This document shows, piece by piece, positions 9,004 to 18,482 of a stretch of DNA of 64,000 nucleotides; position 1 is the first letter of the stretch; the number at the start of each line of letters is the position of its first letter. Source of the DNA: Andalucia godoyi And28 (lineage: Eukaryota; Protista; Jakobida). Location of the stretch: assembly GCA_009859145.1 (NCBI GenBank), contig VRVR01000009.1, positions 212,392 to 276,391 on the forward strand. Direction: 5' to 3'. The position numbers and the translations under genes are program-made. The notes under the pieces are model-generated. The model was not told the DNA's origin. It did not search any database and saw only the letters and a program-made list of their open reading frames with translations.

Positions 9004-12000
9004 ATGAGTACATCTCAGTTGAACGGCAGTGTGTCTGCGAGTCATTGCAAGAGGTTAGAGATGCCATTGTCGGATGTTGAAAACTCGAATAGCGACGGGG
9101 ATGATGATCTCCAAGATGCGATTCTGGGCGACTGTGAAGATGGTCCTGGGTCTGGTCCTGGGTCTGGCTCGACTTCCGCTCATTTGAGTGGTTCAGCACA
9201 GCAGGGTGTTGGAGCGAGCCCCCGCAGCAAGACGATGATGGAGAAGCAGGCGATGAAGGTGTTGCTGGCACCGAATGTGTTCTCCCCGATTGACGTGTCG
9301 GTGAAAAGACAAATGAGTGGTCTCTATGCTCAGGTCGAGGCAATGAAGAAGAAGCTGCGGAAAGAGTCGTCGAGAAGAGTGGAAGCGGAGCGGCACAAGT
9401 TCCAAGTTGATGAGGAGAACATGCTGATCAAGATCCAGTTTATCCACAACTTGGAAAGAGTTGAGAAGGAGCTTCTCAAGTATCGCGAGGAGTTTCAAAA
9501 GATTGAAAGGAGAAATGACTGGCTCGAGTCAATGAGGGAGACGTTTGAGGGGGAGGCGGATCATGCGCGCAATCTTGCTGTCCAACACATGGTCAGCGGA
9601 CGCAACAAGCAGATTTTGCGGGCTGTGGTGCTGTGGTGGCGATGGATATCGATTTCAGAAAAGATTCGAAAGTACAGACTGGAGCGGCTGCAGCGGAGAA
9701 TCAGCGTTCGTGTGTGGCGCGAGTCCATGATCCGATGGGTCCGGTTTGTGGATCGCGAAAAGGACAAAAAGATGATTACTCTTCGTGCACGCAGGTTCTG
9801 GGAGCGCATCACCATGAAACATGTCATGCAGTCGTTTGCACTCAACGCTGTCCAGGAGAAACGGAAGCGATTTTTGCTGAAGAAGTTGATGATTCAAAAG
9901 GGTCAATTTTTGCTGTCCGTTACTTTCCATGCGTGGCATGAGTTCACAACCAGTGAGCGTGTCAAGTTTTTGGAGGTTTCCAATGAGCGATTGGTGACAC
10001 AAGTCGATACTTTGCGAGCGAAGCGTTTGCAGACACTGCAGATTTCGATGATGAGACGCAGTTGTTTGGAGTTGTTCCGCGCATGGCACTGGCATGTTCA
10101 ACGATCTGCAAAGCTTGCGCGCGCGCTCAAGACGTTTTCCTCCAAGATGCAGCTCAGTTCCCAGCGCACTGCAATTACAGCGTGGAAGGAGTACGTTCGC
10201 GAATCGCGCAATGCCGACAGAAAGTCTGAACTTGCACGGACAATGTTTCGCCAACGCCTTATTACTACTGTATTTGATGAATGGAAGACTTTTGCCATGA
10301 ACAAGCTGCGAGAAGATAACGGACAGTATGTTGCCGTTTTGGAGGAAGCACACATCTCGTTGCGAACGCGGCTTTCTCGATTTATCTTGGCAGTGAAAGA
10401 TCGTGAGCAAAAACTCTTCTTCTCGTTGTGGAAGAAGAAGTCTGTCGACCTCCTGCGGGCGAGAAAGGTTCTTTATCGGACGGTTCGATCCACAGTGCTG
10501 CATTCCCTGGTATCACGTCCGTTCTTTGACGCGTGGAGGGCATATGTGGCAGAGCAGCAGCGATCTCGGGAGCTGCACAAGCGGGCGACGCATTTTCGAC
10601 TGACGAAGCTCAAATTGTTTGCGATCCGATCGTGGCAACACTTCATTTCAGACCGCAACCGAACGCGGCTACTGTCACAAAAAGTCGTGCTGGACTTGCA
10701 GACGAAGTCCTTAAGCAGAGCATTCGATTCCATGGGCATCAATGTGGATGACCGAAAACGAGCACATGAGCAAGAACAGACGGAACAAGGCCAGCGTCAC
10801 GAACGGGAGTATCAAGAATCCGAGTTCCGAAGACAGCATTGTACGTCGATGTTGAGTGATATGGACAATCTTCGTGGAAATCTGGATTCGGAACGCAAGG
10901 AATGGCGCGATCGCTATTCGGATGCTTGCCGTGAGCTTGAGCGTATCTTGCAGATGGAGCGCACCGCCAAAGATCAATTAGAAGAGATCAAAGTGCAAGT
11001 TGTGTTTGGAATTTCTGATTTGAAGAATCCAGCCTACACGGATCGTTTCTTGCTGAAGAAGAATGTGGAGGACAACTACACGAAGCTGCTGTCGTTGCTG
11101 GATAATCTTGCCAATGTGCAGTCCGAGTGCGAACGGAGGTATGGCCGTGAACTGCAGACGTTAAAACGTGCTGTCAATGCAGAATCGAGCGCCAGAGATG
11201 CAGTGACGCGTTATTCCGTGTCCATGCACGCAGGTTTACGAAAACTGTCGGACCAGTGTGAAGAAACGCATCGCCGAATGCTGGATGCGCACGAGTCTGA
11301 AACTCGAATGTCGCGTTCGAAGTTCCAAACTCTTCTGCAGTCCGTTCAGGAGATTGAAGAGATGAAGGAAAGCCTCGTTCGAGAGAACTCCGAGTTCGAA
11401 GCTTGGTTGAAGACCGACCATCAAAGATATAAGAACATCTCTGATAACGAATCTGTTGTCAGCGGCGGTACGATCAGCGGGAATCAGCGAGCATCTGCCA
11501 AGATGCTGGCGGAGACGCATTCAGATGCTGGGAGCCATTCGACGATTCACGGTGGGACCATTACGAAGGAAAAGGTCGGTGAACTGCTGGAAGAAGCTCA
11601 TGAGATGCAGGCCATTCGCGAAGCAGAGCAGCGCAGTCAAGAAAACATGGAGGCTCCGATCAAGGACGAAGTCGAACGGATGACGGAAATCAACGAGAAT
11701 GCGCAACCGACTGGCGAGCCTCCCGAGGCCGAGTACAAGGTGCCGCAGTCCACAGGAAGCTTTACGGTTGCAATTCCGAAGAAGAAGTCGAAGAAGTCGA
11801 AGAAGTCCAAGTCATCTTCGAGCAGTCGTGCTAAAGGGTCTAACGCAGAAGACGACAAGGGCTCGTTCCGTGTTTCGGATGCGCGAAAGGTTGTCATGGA
11901 TGAAGAAAAGAAGGGGAAGAAGACCACTGTAACGTCTCGGTCGATGGATCATCAAGATGCCGCGCTTGCCGAGGCAACCAAGACCGCGTCCATGTCATCA

Positions 12001-12546
12001 GGAGTCACGTTTTGTGTCCGCCCGGATCGTGTGCCGCTCATTGAGGAAGGGGATACTCGAAAGCTTGAAATTGAGATTCTTCGTTTGCGTCGCAAGTTTG
12101 AGCGCCAAGAAAAACAGCTGCGATCGCAGTTTGAAGACGACGTTGAGGTTTGGCGTCGCAGGTATGAGCATGCGCTGCGTGTGCTTATTGAGATGGAAGA
12201 TTGGAAATCCCAGACGGAGGACCACATGTCCCGAGTGGAGGTTTCGCACAAGGCTGAAGTGCAGGATAACCATGCGATGTGGCAGAACAAGCTGGACCAT
12301 GAGTCCAAGGTTCGTCATTTCTACGAGGAGCAGCTCCGTTCGTGCGAAATCAAGCTCCACGAGCTCGAGGATAACTTTGCGCGTGAAACACAGCGGCTGC
12401 AAGGGCTTGTGCAATACTACGAGTCCACATTTGGCATCATGAAGATCAAGACGTCGTCGGAGCTGGTCAAGAAGAAGCAGCGACACGACGCGTCTGCTGC
12501 GGCAGGCGTTCCTTCTGTGAGTGCAAATCTGCCTTCCAAGAACTGA
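9004..12546 (+). CDS. Sfi1-like centrin-binding repeat and coiled-coil protein, 1180 aa
   Basis: About ten Trp-anchored repeats. ARTMFRQRLITTVFDEWK (10234-10287) fits the Sfi1 consensus Ax7LLx3F/Lx2WK/R. Coiled coils flank the repeats. Confidence 0.75.
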   Translation: MSTSQLNGSVSASHCKRLEMPLSDVENSNSDGDDDLQDAILGDCEDGPGSGPGSGSTSAHLSGSAQQGVGASPRSKTMMEKQAMKVLLAPNVFSPIDVSVKRQMSGLYAQVEAMKKKLRKESSRRVEAERHKFQVDEENMLIKIQFIHNLERVEKELLKYREEFQKIERRNDWLESMRETFEGEADHARNLAVQHMVSGRNKQILRAVVLWWRWISISEKIRKYRLERLQRRISVRVWRESMIRWVRFVDREKDKKMITLRARRFWERITMKHVMQSFALNAVQEKRKRFLLKKLMIQKGQFLLSVTFHAWHEFTTSERVKFLEVSNERLVTQVDTLRAKRLQTLQISMMRRSCLELFRAWHWHVQRSAKLARALKTFSSKMQLSSQRTAITAWKEYVRESRNADRKSELARTMFRQRLITTVFDEWKTFAMNKLREDNGQYVAVLEEAHISLRTRLSRFILAVKDREQKLFFSLWKKKSVDLLRARKVLYRTVRSTVLHSLVSRPFFDAWRAYVAEQQRSRELHKRATHFRLTKLKLFAIRSWQHFISDRNRTRLLSQKVVLDLQTKSLSRAFDSMGINVDDRKRAHEQEQTEQGQRHEREYQESEFRRQHCTSMLSDMDNLRGNLDSERKEWRDRYSDACRELERILQMERTAKDQLEEIKVQVVFGISDLKNPAYTDRFLLKKNVEDNYTKLLSLLDNLANVQSECERRYGRELQTLKRAVNAESSARDAVTRYSVSMHAGLRKLSDQCEETHRRMLDAHESETRMSRSKFQTLLQSVQEIEEMKESLVRENSEFEAWLKTDHQRYKNISDNESVVSGGTISGNQRASAKMLAETHSDAGSHSTIHGGTITKEKVGELLEEAHEMQAIREAEQRSQENMEAPIKDEVERMTEINENAQPTGEPPEAEYKVPQSTGSFTVAIPKKKSKKSKKSKSSSSSRAKGSNAEDDKGSFRVSDARKVVMDEEKKGKKTTVTSRSMDHQDAALAEATKTASMSSGVTFCVRPDRVPLIEEGDTRKLEIEILRLRRKFERQEKQLRSQFEDDVEVWRRRYEHALRVLIEMEDWKSQTEDHMSRVEVSHKAEVQDNHAMWQNKLDHESKVRHFYEEQLRSCEIKLHELEDNFARETQRLQGLVQYYESTFGIMKIKTSSELVKKKQRHDASAAAGVPSVSANLPSKN

Positions 12547-12803
12547 GAGATGCGCAATGAACAGAACCTCCCTGAGGACTGCACAACAAGATCAAGGGAT
12601 AAAACGTCAGTTCATTTTTCTTTCCTTTTTGCGTATTTTTTTATTTAATTTTTTTATTTAATTAATTAGAATTGTTGGTTTTTGGTTTGTCCTTTTTTTC
12701 TTTCTCAATCGACAGTCCGTTCCCCCAATCTTCTTCTCTGAATCATTATGCACGTGTGGGTGAGTTAGCAAGTAAGTGACAGAGTAAAGTGGATGGAGGC
12801 AGC

Positions 12804-13361
12804 TCACGGAAGAATGTCTCTTTTTGCAAATAGTTGGTGCTTTCGGAACGCAAAGGCCCCGAGTCCTAGGGCAGCCGACACGAGGAACATGTAGAATGCA
12901 AACCCAAGATACGTGTTTGCATACGGTGTAAAGTCGTTGGACGATCTGGGTCTGAACACGCCGTACACAAGCGTGCCCAGAATAGCAAGGAGTCCTGCCG
13001 CAAGAGCCTGAATGCTCAGAAACCTCTCGTATCTCGCAGATAGCTTTCCAGAGCGCAACAGGAAGATTTCGAGAGCAGTGACCAAGCTCAGGATGCACGC
13101 CGGGATCGCCAACACAAGCGTGATTGTGCATATTAGATGGAGCGCGTGGTCTTCTTCTCCCCCGCTCGAGGCGAACGCCGCAACGGACTCGTACCGCTCA
13201 TACCCAGGAAACCGAGTCATGCATGTAAACAACCCGCACGATAGCTCGCTCTTCACATGAACATACCGCATCCATGCGGGAGACCCAAGCGACAGAACTT
13301 GCAGAAACCCAGCCGCAAACAACAGCAGCCCAAACACACTCGTGCGATCAAGATGAACCAT
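12804..13361 (-). CDS. Four-TM PMP22/claudin-superfamily-like membrane protein, 185 aa
   Basis: ATG at 13361 (MVHLDRT). Four hydrophobic helices; first loop W...CGLFTC resembles the W-GLW-C signature; (Y)LGFAFY before TM4. Confidence 0.6.
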   Translation of the reverse strand: MVHLDRTSVFGLLLFAAGFLQVLSLGSPAWMRYVHVKSELSCGLFTCMTRFPGYERYESVAAFASSGGEEDHALHLICTITLVLAIPACILSLVTALEIFLLRSGKLSARYERFLSIQALAAGLLAILGTLVYGVFRPRSSNDFTPYANTYLGFAFYMFLVSAALGLGAFAFRKHQLFAKRDILP

Positions 13362-13698
13362 TGCTAAACCTATCGTCCCCCACCCCTGCTTCCTTTTTTC
13401 TCCCTTCTCTTTCACACAAACCACAACCTTACAATATTAGTATAAATGGATAATTATTTTATCATAAGAACAATAATAAGAGCAATAACAAGAACAGTAG
13501 AAGAAACAAGAACAAGAACAAGAATAACAACGGGGCCTACTACGGCAGATAAAGGGGGACAAATCAGTTTTATTCTTCCTTTTGCTTTTTGCCCTTGTGA
13601 CACCCATCGGCTCCCAATGAACACCATGTCAACCAAAAACACAGTGCCCTTGGTACAGCAATATTGTATCCTGTTATGTTCTCTCACTGCCAGATTGT

Positions 13699-14724
13699 CT
13701 AGTAGATCAAGACAGGCTTGCCCATCGTCGACTTGATGTTCAGAGACTTGATGTTCTGCCACTGCTTCTTCAGCAGAGAGATCAAGAAGTTGATGGTCAG
13801 CGAGATGTTCTGGTAGAGCTCCTGCTGGGTCATGCCGACGTTGCCGACTGCAACTCCCATGCACAAAACCTTCTTGAGCTGGAACTTGACCGAGGCCTTG
13901 ATTTCGTTGATCTTGGCGTTGATATCGTCGGTGTGCGAGATCGGCGAGGGGAACTTGCCGGCCTTGGTCAAACCGGGTCCAAGGATACGAGGAATCTGCT
14001 TGATCAGCGAGTCCGATGCAAGGAAGGCATCATACTTCTTGGCTACACTCCGAATCAATCAAAAAGAAGAAGGGAGAAGATAAAAGACAATTAGAAAATA
14101 CTGCAATGACGGAAGCAAAACGAACAAGAAACAAGAAGATGAGAGATAGAACAAGAAGAAAAGCTTCGAACAACAGCGGGTGGAAAATGCGCGAATGAGC
14201 TTTCAGAGAACCTTGAAGTTGATTCCTCAATGTTGTTCAGAAGAGGTGTCAGAAAACAATTATAATTTCATCACACAAGCTCATCCGCGCGTTTTTTTTC
14301 CTCCCTCCATTGCAGCAACCGCACACGCACAATGCAAAACACTTTCAAAACAAAAATAATAATAACATAACACAGAAAGAAAAGGAGACGGAATATCAAA
14401 AAAGTGTAACATACCAAGCTTACGAACGAGCTTCTTTTGCTTGTTGAGCTTCTTGAGGGCCTCTGCGTCCATGGTGTCCATTCCGAGCTTCTGGGCACGA
14501 TCGCAATCAAAGGCGTCACCGAGAACGCAAACACGCATGCGGTGGCGGCAGATGTGCGGCAGCTTGACGGTACCCGAGAAACGCTTGTCCTTCTGGGGAT
14601 CGTAGTTCTTGAGTCCGATCTGGAGTTCGACCGTCTCAACGAACTTGCGGGGGTTCTCCTTCACTCCCTTGAGAAGCTCATCGATGTAAGCTCTCATCAT
14701 ATCCGGTGAAATCTTGGAAGTCAT
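13699..14724 (-). CDS. RPL10A: 60S ribosomal protein uL1 (L10a), 217 aa, two exons
   Basis: Exons 14724-14415 and 14042-13699, GTATGT donor, TAG acceptor. [53 protein letters not shown]. Confidence 0.97.
14189..14290 (-). ncRNA. Intronic box C/D snoRNA, U60/snR48-like guide for LSU rRNA
   Basis: Lies in the RPL10A intron on the sense strand. 14-bp terminal stem (GCGCGGATGAGCTT/AAGCTCATTCGCGC, one G-U), box C GTGATGA 14274-14268, D' CTGA 14240-14237, C'-like TTGAGGA, box D CTGA 14206-14203. The D' guide is complementary to conserved LSU GAGGUGUCAGAAAA (14243-14256). Confidence 0.9.
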
Positions 14725-14971
14725 TTTTGTTTTCTCTCTCTCTCTCTCTCTCTTTCTTCTTTTTGGTTAAACTGCGCTTGAGGTACAAGGGGAAAAAGCA
14801 AATGTCCAAAGAAAAGGAAGAACGAAGGAAGAGCGGAAAAGGAACAGAAGGAAGAAGGAAGAAGAAGAACGAAGGAATAGGGGACCAGTTTCGAAACGCA
14901 ACAACAGAACGCACCATGCAGCCAAAAAGGCAGCCGCCAGAAGAGAGCAGAGAAAGAAAAAGTCCGGCGAC

Positions 14972-14979
14972 TAGGGTTT
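14972..14979 (-). promoter_or_regulatory. Telo-box-like motif AAACCCTA upstream of RPL10A
   Basis: TAGGGTTT on + about 250 bp upstream of the RPL10A ATG; CCCTAA at 14994-14999. Function inferred from plant precedent. Confidence 0.5.
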
Positions 14980-15221
14980 TGCAGAGGCTCTAGCCCTAAT
15001 CAGCGTAATGAAAAAAAAAACCTCCTTTCCCCCTTTCATTTGCCGAGGCAACTACAGTCGACACTGGGTTCCTGTTCTGTGGAACCATTTATTATGATTA
15101 TGTTTTATTACCCATCATGGAGGGAGGCGGCTTCCTGATCATCACTATCGCCAAGTAAGTATTATTGTCGCAAAAATACATCTCTCGCAGCTCCTCTTTC
15201 CTTTGCATTGCTATTTTTGCC

Positions 15222-15944
15222 TCAGCAGCATCCCTTTTTCTGCTTCTTGTCTTGCTGGCTATTTCCCACGTCGACTCTTCCGGAGCCGCCGTGTCTATTG
15301 TCCTCGTCACTTCCTCTTCCGCCACTGCTGCTGCTGCCTCCTGCGGCATTTCCGGCTGGATTCACGCCGCTATTTTTCTGGACCTGGTCGACGATGGCGG
15401 CCATGAGGCCATGAAACGCTTGCTCGACATTGAGCCCGGTGAGCGCAGATGTTTCAAAGTACGCGATTCCTCTTTCCTTTGCAAACTTGGAGGCTCGATC
15501 ATAGTCGACAACGCGGCGGTCTTCAAAGTCGGCCTTGGTGCCGACAAGAACGCGGCAGACATCGTTGGGAGCATAGACATCCACGGTCTGGATCCACGAC
15601 TCGACATTTTCAAACGACCGCTCGTCCGTGACGTCAAAGACAATCATGACGCCGTGTGCACCGCGATAGTACGCACGGGAAATGGATCGGAACGTCTCTT
15701 GGCCTGCAGTGTCCCAGATCTGCAGCTTGATCCGCATCCCAGAGTCGCGATGCACGACGGCTTTCGTCCGGAAATCCACGGCAATCGTCGATTCTGTGTG
15801 CTGGAATGTATCGTCCGTAAATCGAAGCAACAAACACGACTTACCCACACCTGAATCACCACATATAATCAGCTTAAACACATGGTGGAATTGTGCGCCT
15901 GCGGGCAACGAAGGTGTCGTCGAGTTGGTCGTGGAATTACTCAT
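15222..15944 (-). CDS. Divergent Rab1-like small GTPase, 240 aa
   Basis: GDSGVGKS, TIAVDF, WDTAGQE, YYRGAHG, ETSAL and C-terminal GCC prenylation motif. Confidence 0.9.
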   Translation of the reverse strand: MSNSTTNSTTPSLPAGAQFHHVFKLIICGDSGVGKSCLLLRFTDDTFQHTESTIAVDFRTKAVVHRDSGMRIKLQIWDTAGQETFRSISRAYYRGAHGVMIVFDVTDERSFENVESWIQTVDVYAPNDVCRVLVGTKADFEDRRVVDYDRASKFAKERGIAYFETSALTGLNVEQAFHGLMAAIVDQVQKNSGVNPAGNAAGGSSSSGGRGSDEDNRHGGSGRVDVGNSQQDKKQKKGCC

Positions 15945-15954
15945 GTCTGTCTTA

Positions 15955-15997
<43 letters not shown>

Positions 15998-16796
15998 TCT
16001 TCTTCTTCTTTCTTTCTTTTTCCCTCTTCTCGCTCGCTCTTTCTTAACCCCTTCACAAACGAAAACAAAACAAAAAGCACTTAATTACTATTCTTTTTCT
16101 TTTTTTCCCAGAAGAAAACACAAGAGCCAAGGAGATAGAAAAGACAGAAAAGACAGAAGAACAGTAAAATATTAGATGATGGTAAAACCCCCTCCTGAAC
16201 AAAAAAGCACAACAGAACGACACGCCGATGACAGTAACAAAAACAACGAAACAGATAGGAATGTCTGGGTGTGAAGTACAATTGAACCCACCCACCAAGA
16301 ATTAATCGATTCAATGAAAAACCACCTTTGGGAGCTGACGGCGTTGGCAAAGTACAGATGGAACGAAATGAAGAAATGCGAGTGAGAATAATAAGAAAAG
16401 GCAGAGAAAAGATAAAGGAGAAAGAGAATAAAGGCAGGATCCAAGGAGGGGAAAGTTACGAATACACGGGCATTTAAAAAATAATAAGATTCCTATATAA
16501 TGTATGTATATTTCCTTTTTTTGGGGGGTTTTGTTTTTTGTTTTGCTTTTTGTGATTTCTTTTTGGTTGGAAAGATTTTAAAGAGGGGAAGGGGAAAGGG
16601 CCCATATATATACAGCAGTTTCTGCTTTGAACAAAATTGACAGGGACGAACGGACAGGTTTTTTTAATTGGTTATTATTACTATTATTATTATTCTTTCT
16701 TTTTTCTGGATTGGAGTTTTTTTGGATTTTTTTGGTCGACGACGCAATGGTGGGAGGGTAGATTAGTACGGGGATAAGAGGTAAACGAGGGGATCA

Positions 16797-18083
16797 TCAG
16801 GTGCTGCATTTCTGAACGCAGCCTCGATAGTGTCGAATGTGAGCGCCGTGAGCATTGATGTGCTCAAAAATGTGGCCGGGATGTGCCTCGTGAATGTTCA
16901 GCCGCTCTGCTGCTAGAGGCTGGACAAACATTTTGCGTCTTCCCATCCACGAAATGCACATTTCTGGAGTGTTTGTCTGCCACTGACACTCTGCGTTGGG
17001 ATCCAGCGCACCATTCGCTGTCTCGGTGATCCACAAATTCTTAGACGCGTTGAACACTACGTTGCAGGGATCGACGGCGGCCATGCGTGAGCCAAAGGAA
17101 AATGCGAGCTTTCCAGAATCCGCATGCGTTTTCTTGAGATAGCTCGCGAGATTCGTAGAGGAATCGGGCGGAAGCACCAAGTACTCGTCGAGATCGAAAA
17201 ACCCTACCCACTGGAAATATCCATAGACGCGAAGCAGCGCGTCGTGCATGATGAAGAGCTGGCCTTTGTACCACATGTCGAATGTGGAAATGCCCGGGAT
17301 CGAAACCACCGTGATCCGCGAATCCCGCATCGCCTCTTCGCACAAGACCGGCACCGACTCCGTGTACGCAAAGACGTGGTCGACTTGCAGCCGCAGAAAC
17401 GCATAGTCCATCCAGTGCTGCACTGCATGGCAGTTAAGCGTGCCGAATAATACTGGAAGAACTGCAGCGATGCCCTGTGCAGCCAATGGGGATTCTGCTG
17501 CTGCCGGAGGAGAAGGAGGGGGAGGAGAAGACCATGAGATCTGGTTTTCTTGACCGTAAATAACGATTTTCGCAGTGCTGTTCCTCTGAAGACCGTCGTC
17601 TGGAACTTTCGTGATGCATCGAATCAAGACGGGCTCGTCCGGCAGTCCGTGGTTTTCATTGAACACGTCCGAGTAGCAGGAGGCAGAAAAGACGGGACCG
17701 TCTGCCGTGGTTTGCACAACGACCTTTGCATCGTGAGGAAGTGATGTTCCTCGTGAGAGAATCGCAGGCAGTACAAACGAGCCTGCTTTGATCCGTGCTT
17801 GGCCGATAAACAGACCCCTGAGAGAAGTGGACGAGAGTGGTGTCGTCACGTATGTCGGACCCATCATTTTCGGTGGTGTTAGAGCAGCGTTACCGCCATC
17901 TGTTGGATTCCCATTACCGTCATTCGAGACAGCCCCTCTTTCGTTTCCGCTTTCTGGCTGGCTCTCCGACGGCGCAAGCCCGCCCCTCAATGGTCGATCC
18001 GGCAAGTACAGGTTGCGATGATGGAACAGCAAGACAAGAAGCATAATGAGTAGTGCACACGAGACGACATGATTCCGTTTCAT
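16797..18083 (-). CDS. GT92 (DUF23) family glycosyltransferase, type II membrane, 428 aa
   Basis: N-terminal signal anchor and Pro-rich stem; HWMDY...VDHVFAY, GQLFIMHDAL, WVGFFDLDEY (DxD), K.FVQP, IHEAH and IRHYR. Confidence 0.78.
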   Translation of the reverse strand: MKRNHVVSCALLIMLLVLLFHHRNLYLPDRPLRGGLAPSESQPESGNERGAVSNDGNGNPTDGGNAALTPPKMMGPTYVTTPLSSTSLRGLFIGQARIKAGSFVLPAILSRGTSLPHDAKVVVQTTADGPVFSASCYSDVFNENHGLPDEPVLIRCITKVPDDGLQRNSTAKIVIYGQENQISWSSPPPPSPPAAAESPLAAQGIAAVLPVLFGTLNCHAVQHWMDYAFLRLQVDHVFAYTESVPVLCEEAMRDSRITVVSIPGISTFDMWYKGQLFIMHDALLRVYGYFQWVGFFDLDEYLVLPPDSSTNLASYLKKTHADSGKLAFSFGSRMAAVDPCNVVFNASKNLWITETANGALDPNAECQWQTNTPEMCISWMGRRKMFVQPLAAERLNIHEAHPGHIFEHINAHGAHIRHYRGCVQKCST

Positions 18084-18482
18084 CTTGAAAGAATAAACCG
18101 ACGGTGGCTTGATCTGTTTGTGCTTTGCTGTTTTTTCGCTCCCCCGTCTTTTTCTTTCTCCCCCCGTTCTTTTTTATGCAGATATTTTCTAGATCTTCTT
18201 TCTTTGCTTATTTTTGTAAAATCAGTTCAGTTAACGCAGCTCGCCAACGGTTTGTACAAAACTATGTGGGATGCGAAGTCGTGGGACTCTATGTATTAAT
18301 TCACCTTTTTTTCCCCCGGCTTATGATAGAAGAAGAAACCGCCTGTTGTAGATGCTAGTACTGTACATCCACCATGATTTTATCTCGTGTCTTCTCTCTT
18401 CCATGACCCCACGACGGGGCACGTTTTAATTAACAATGATAATCATAATAGTGTAAAAAAAAAAGGGGGGGGGGGGGACGCG

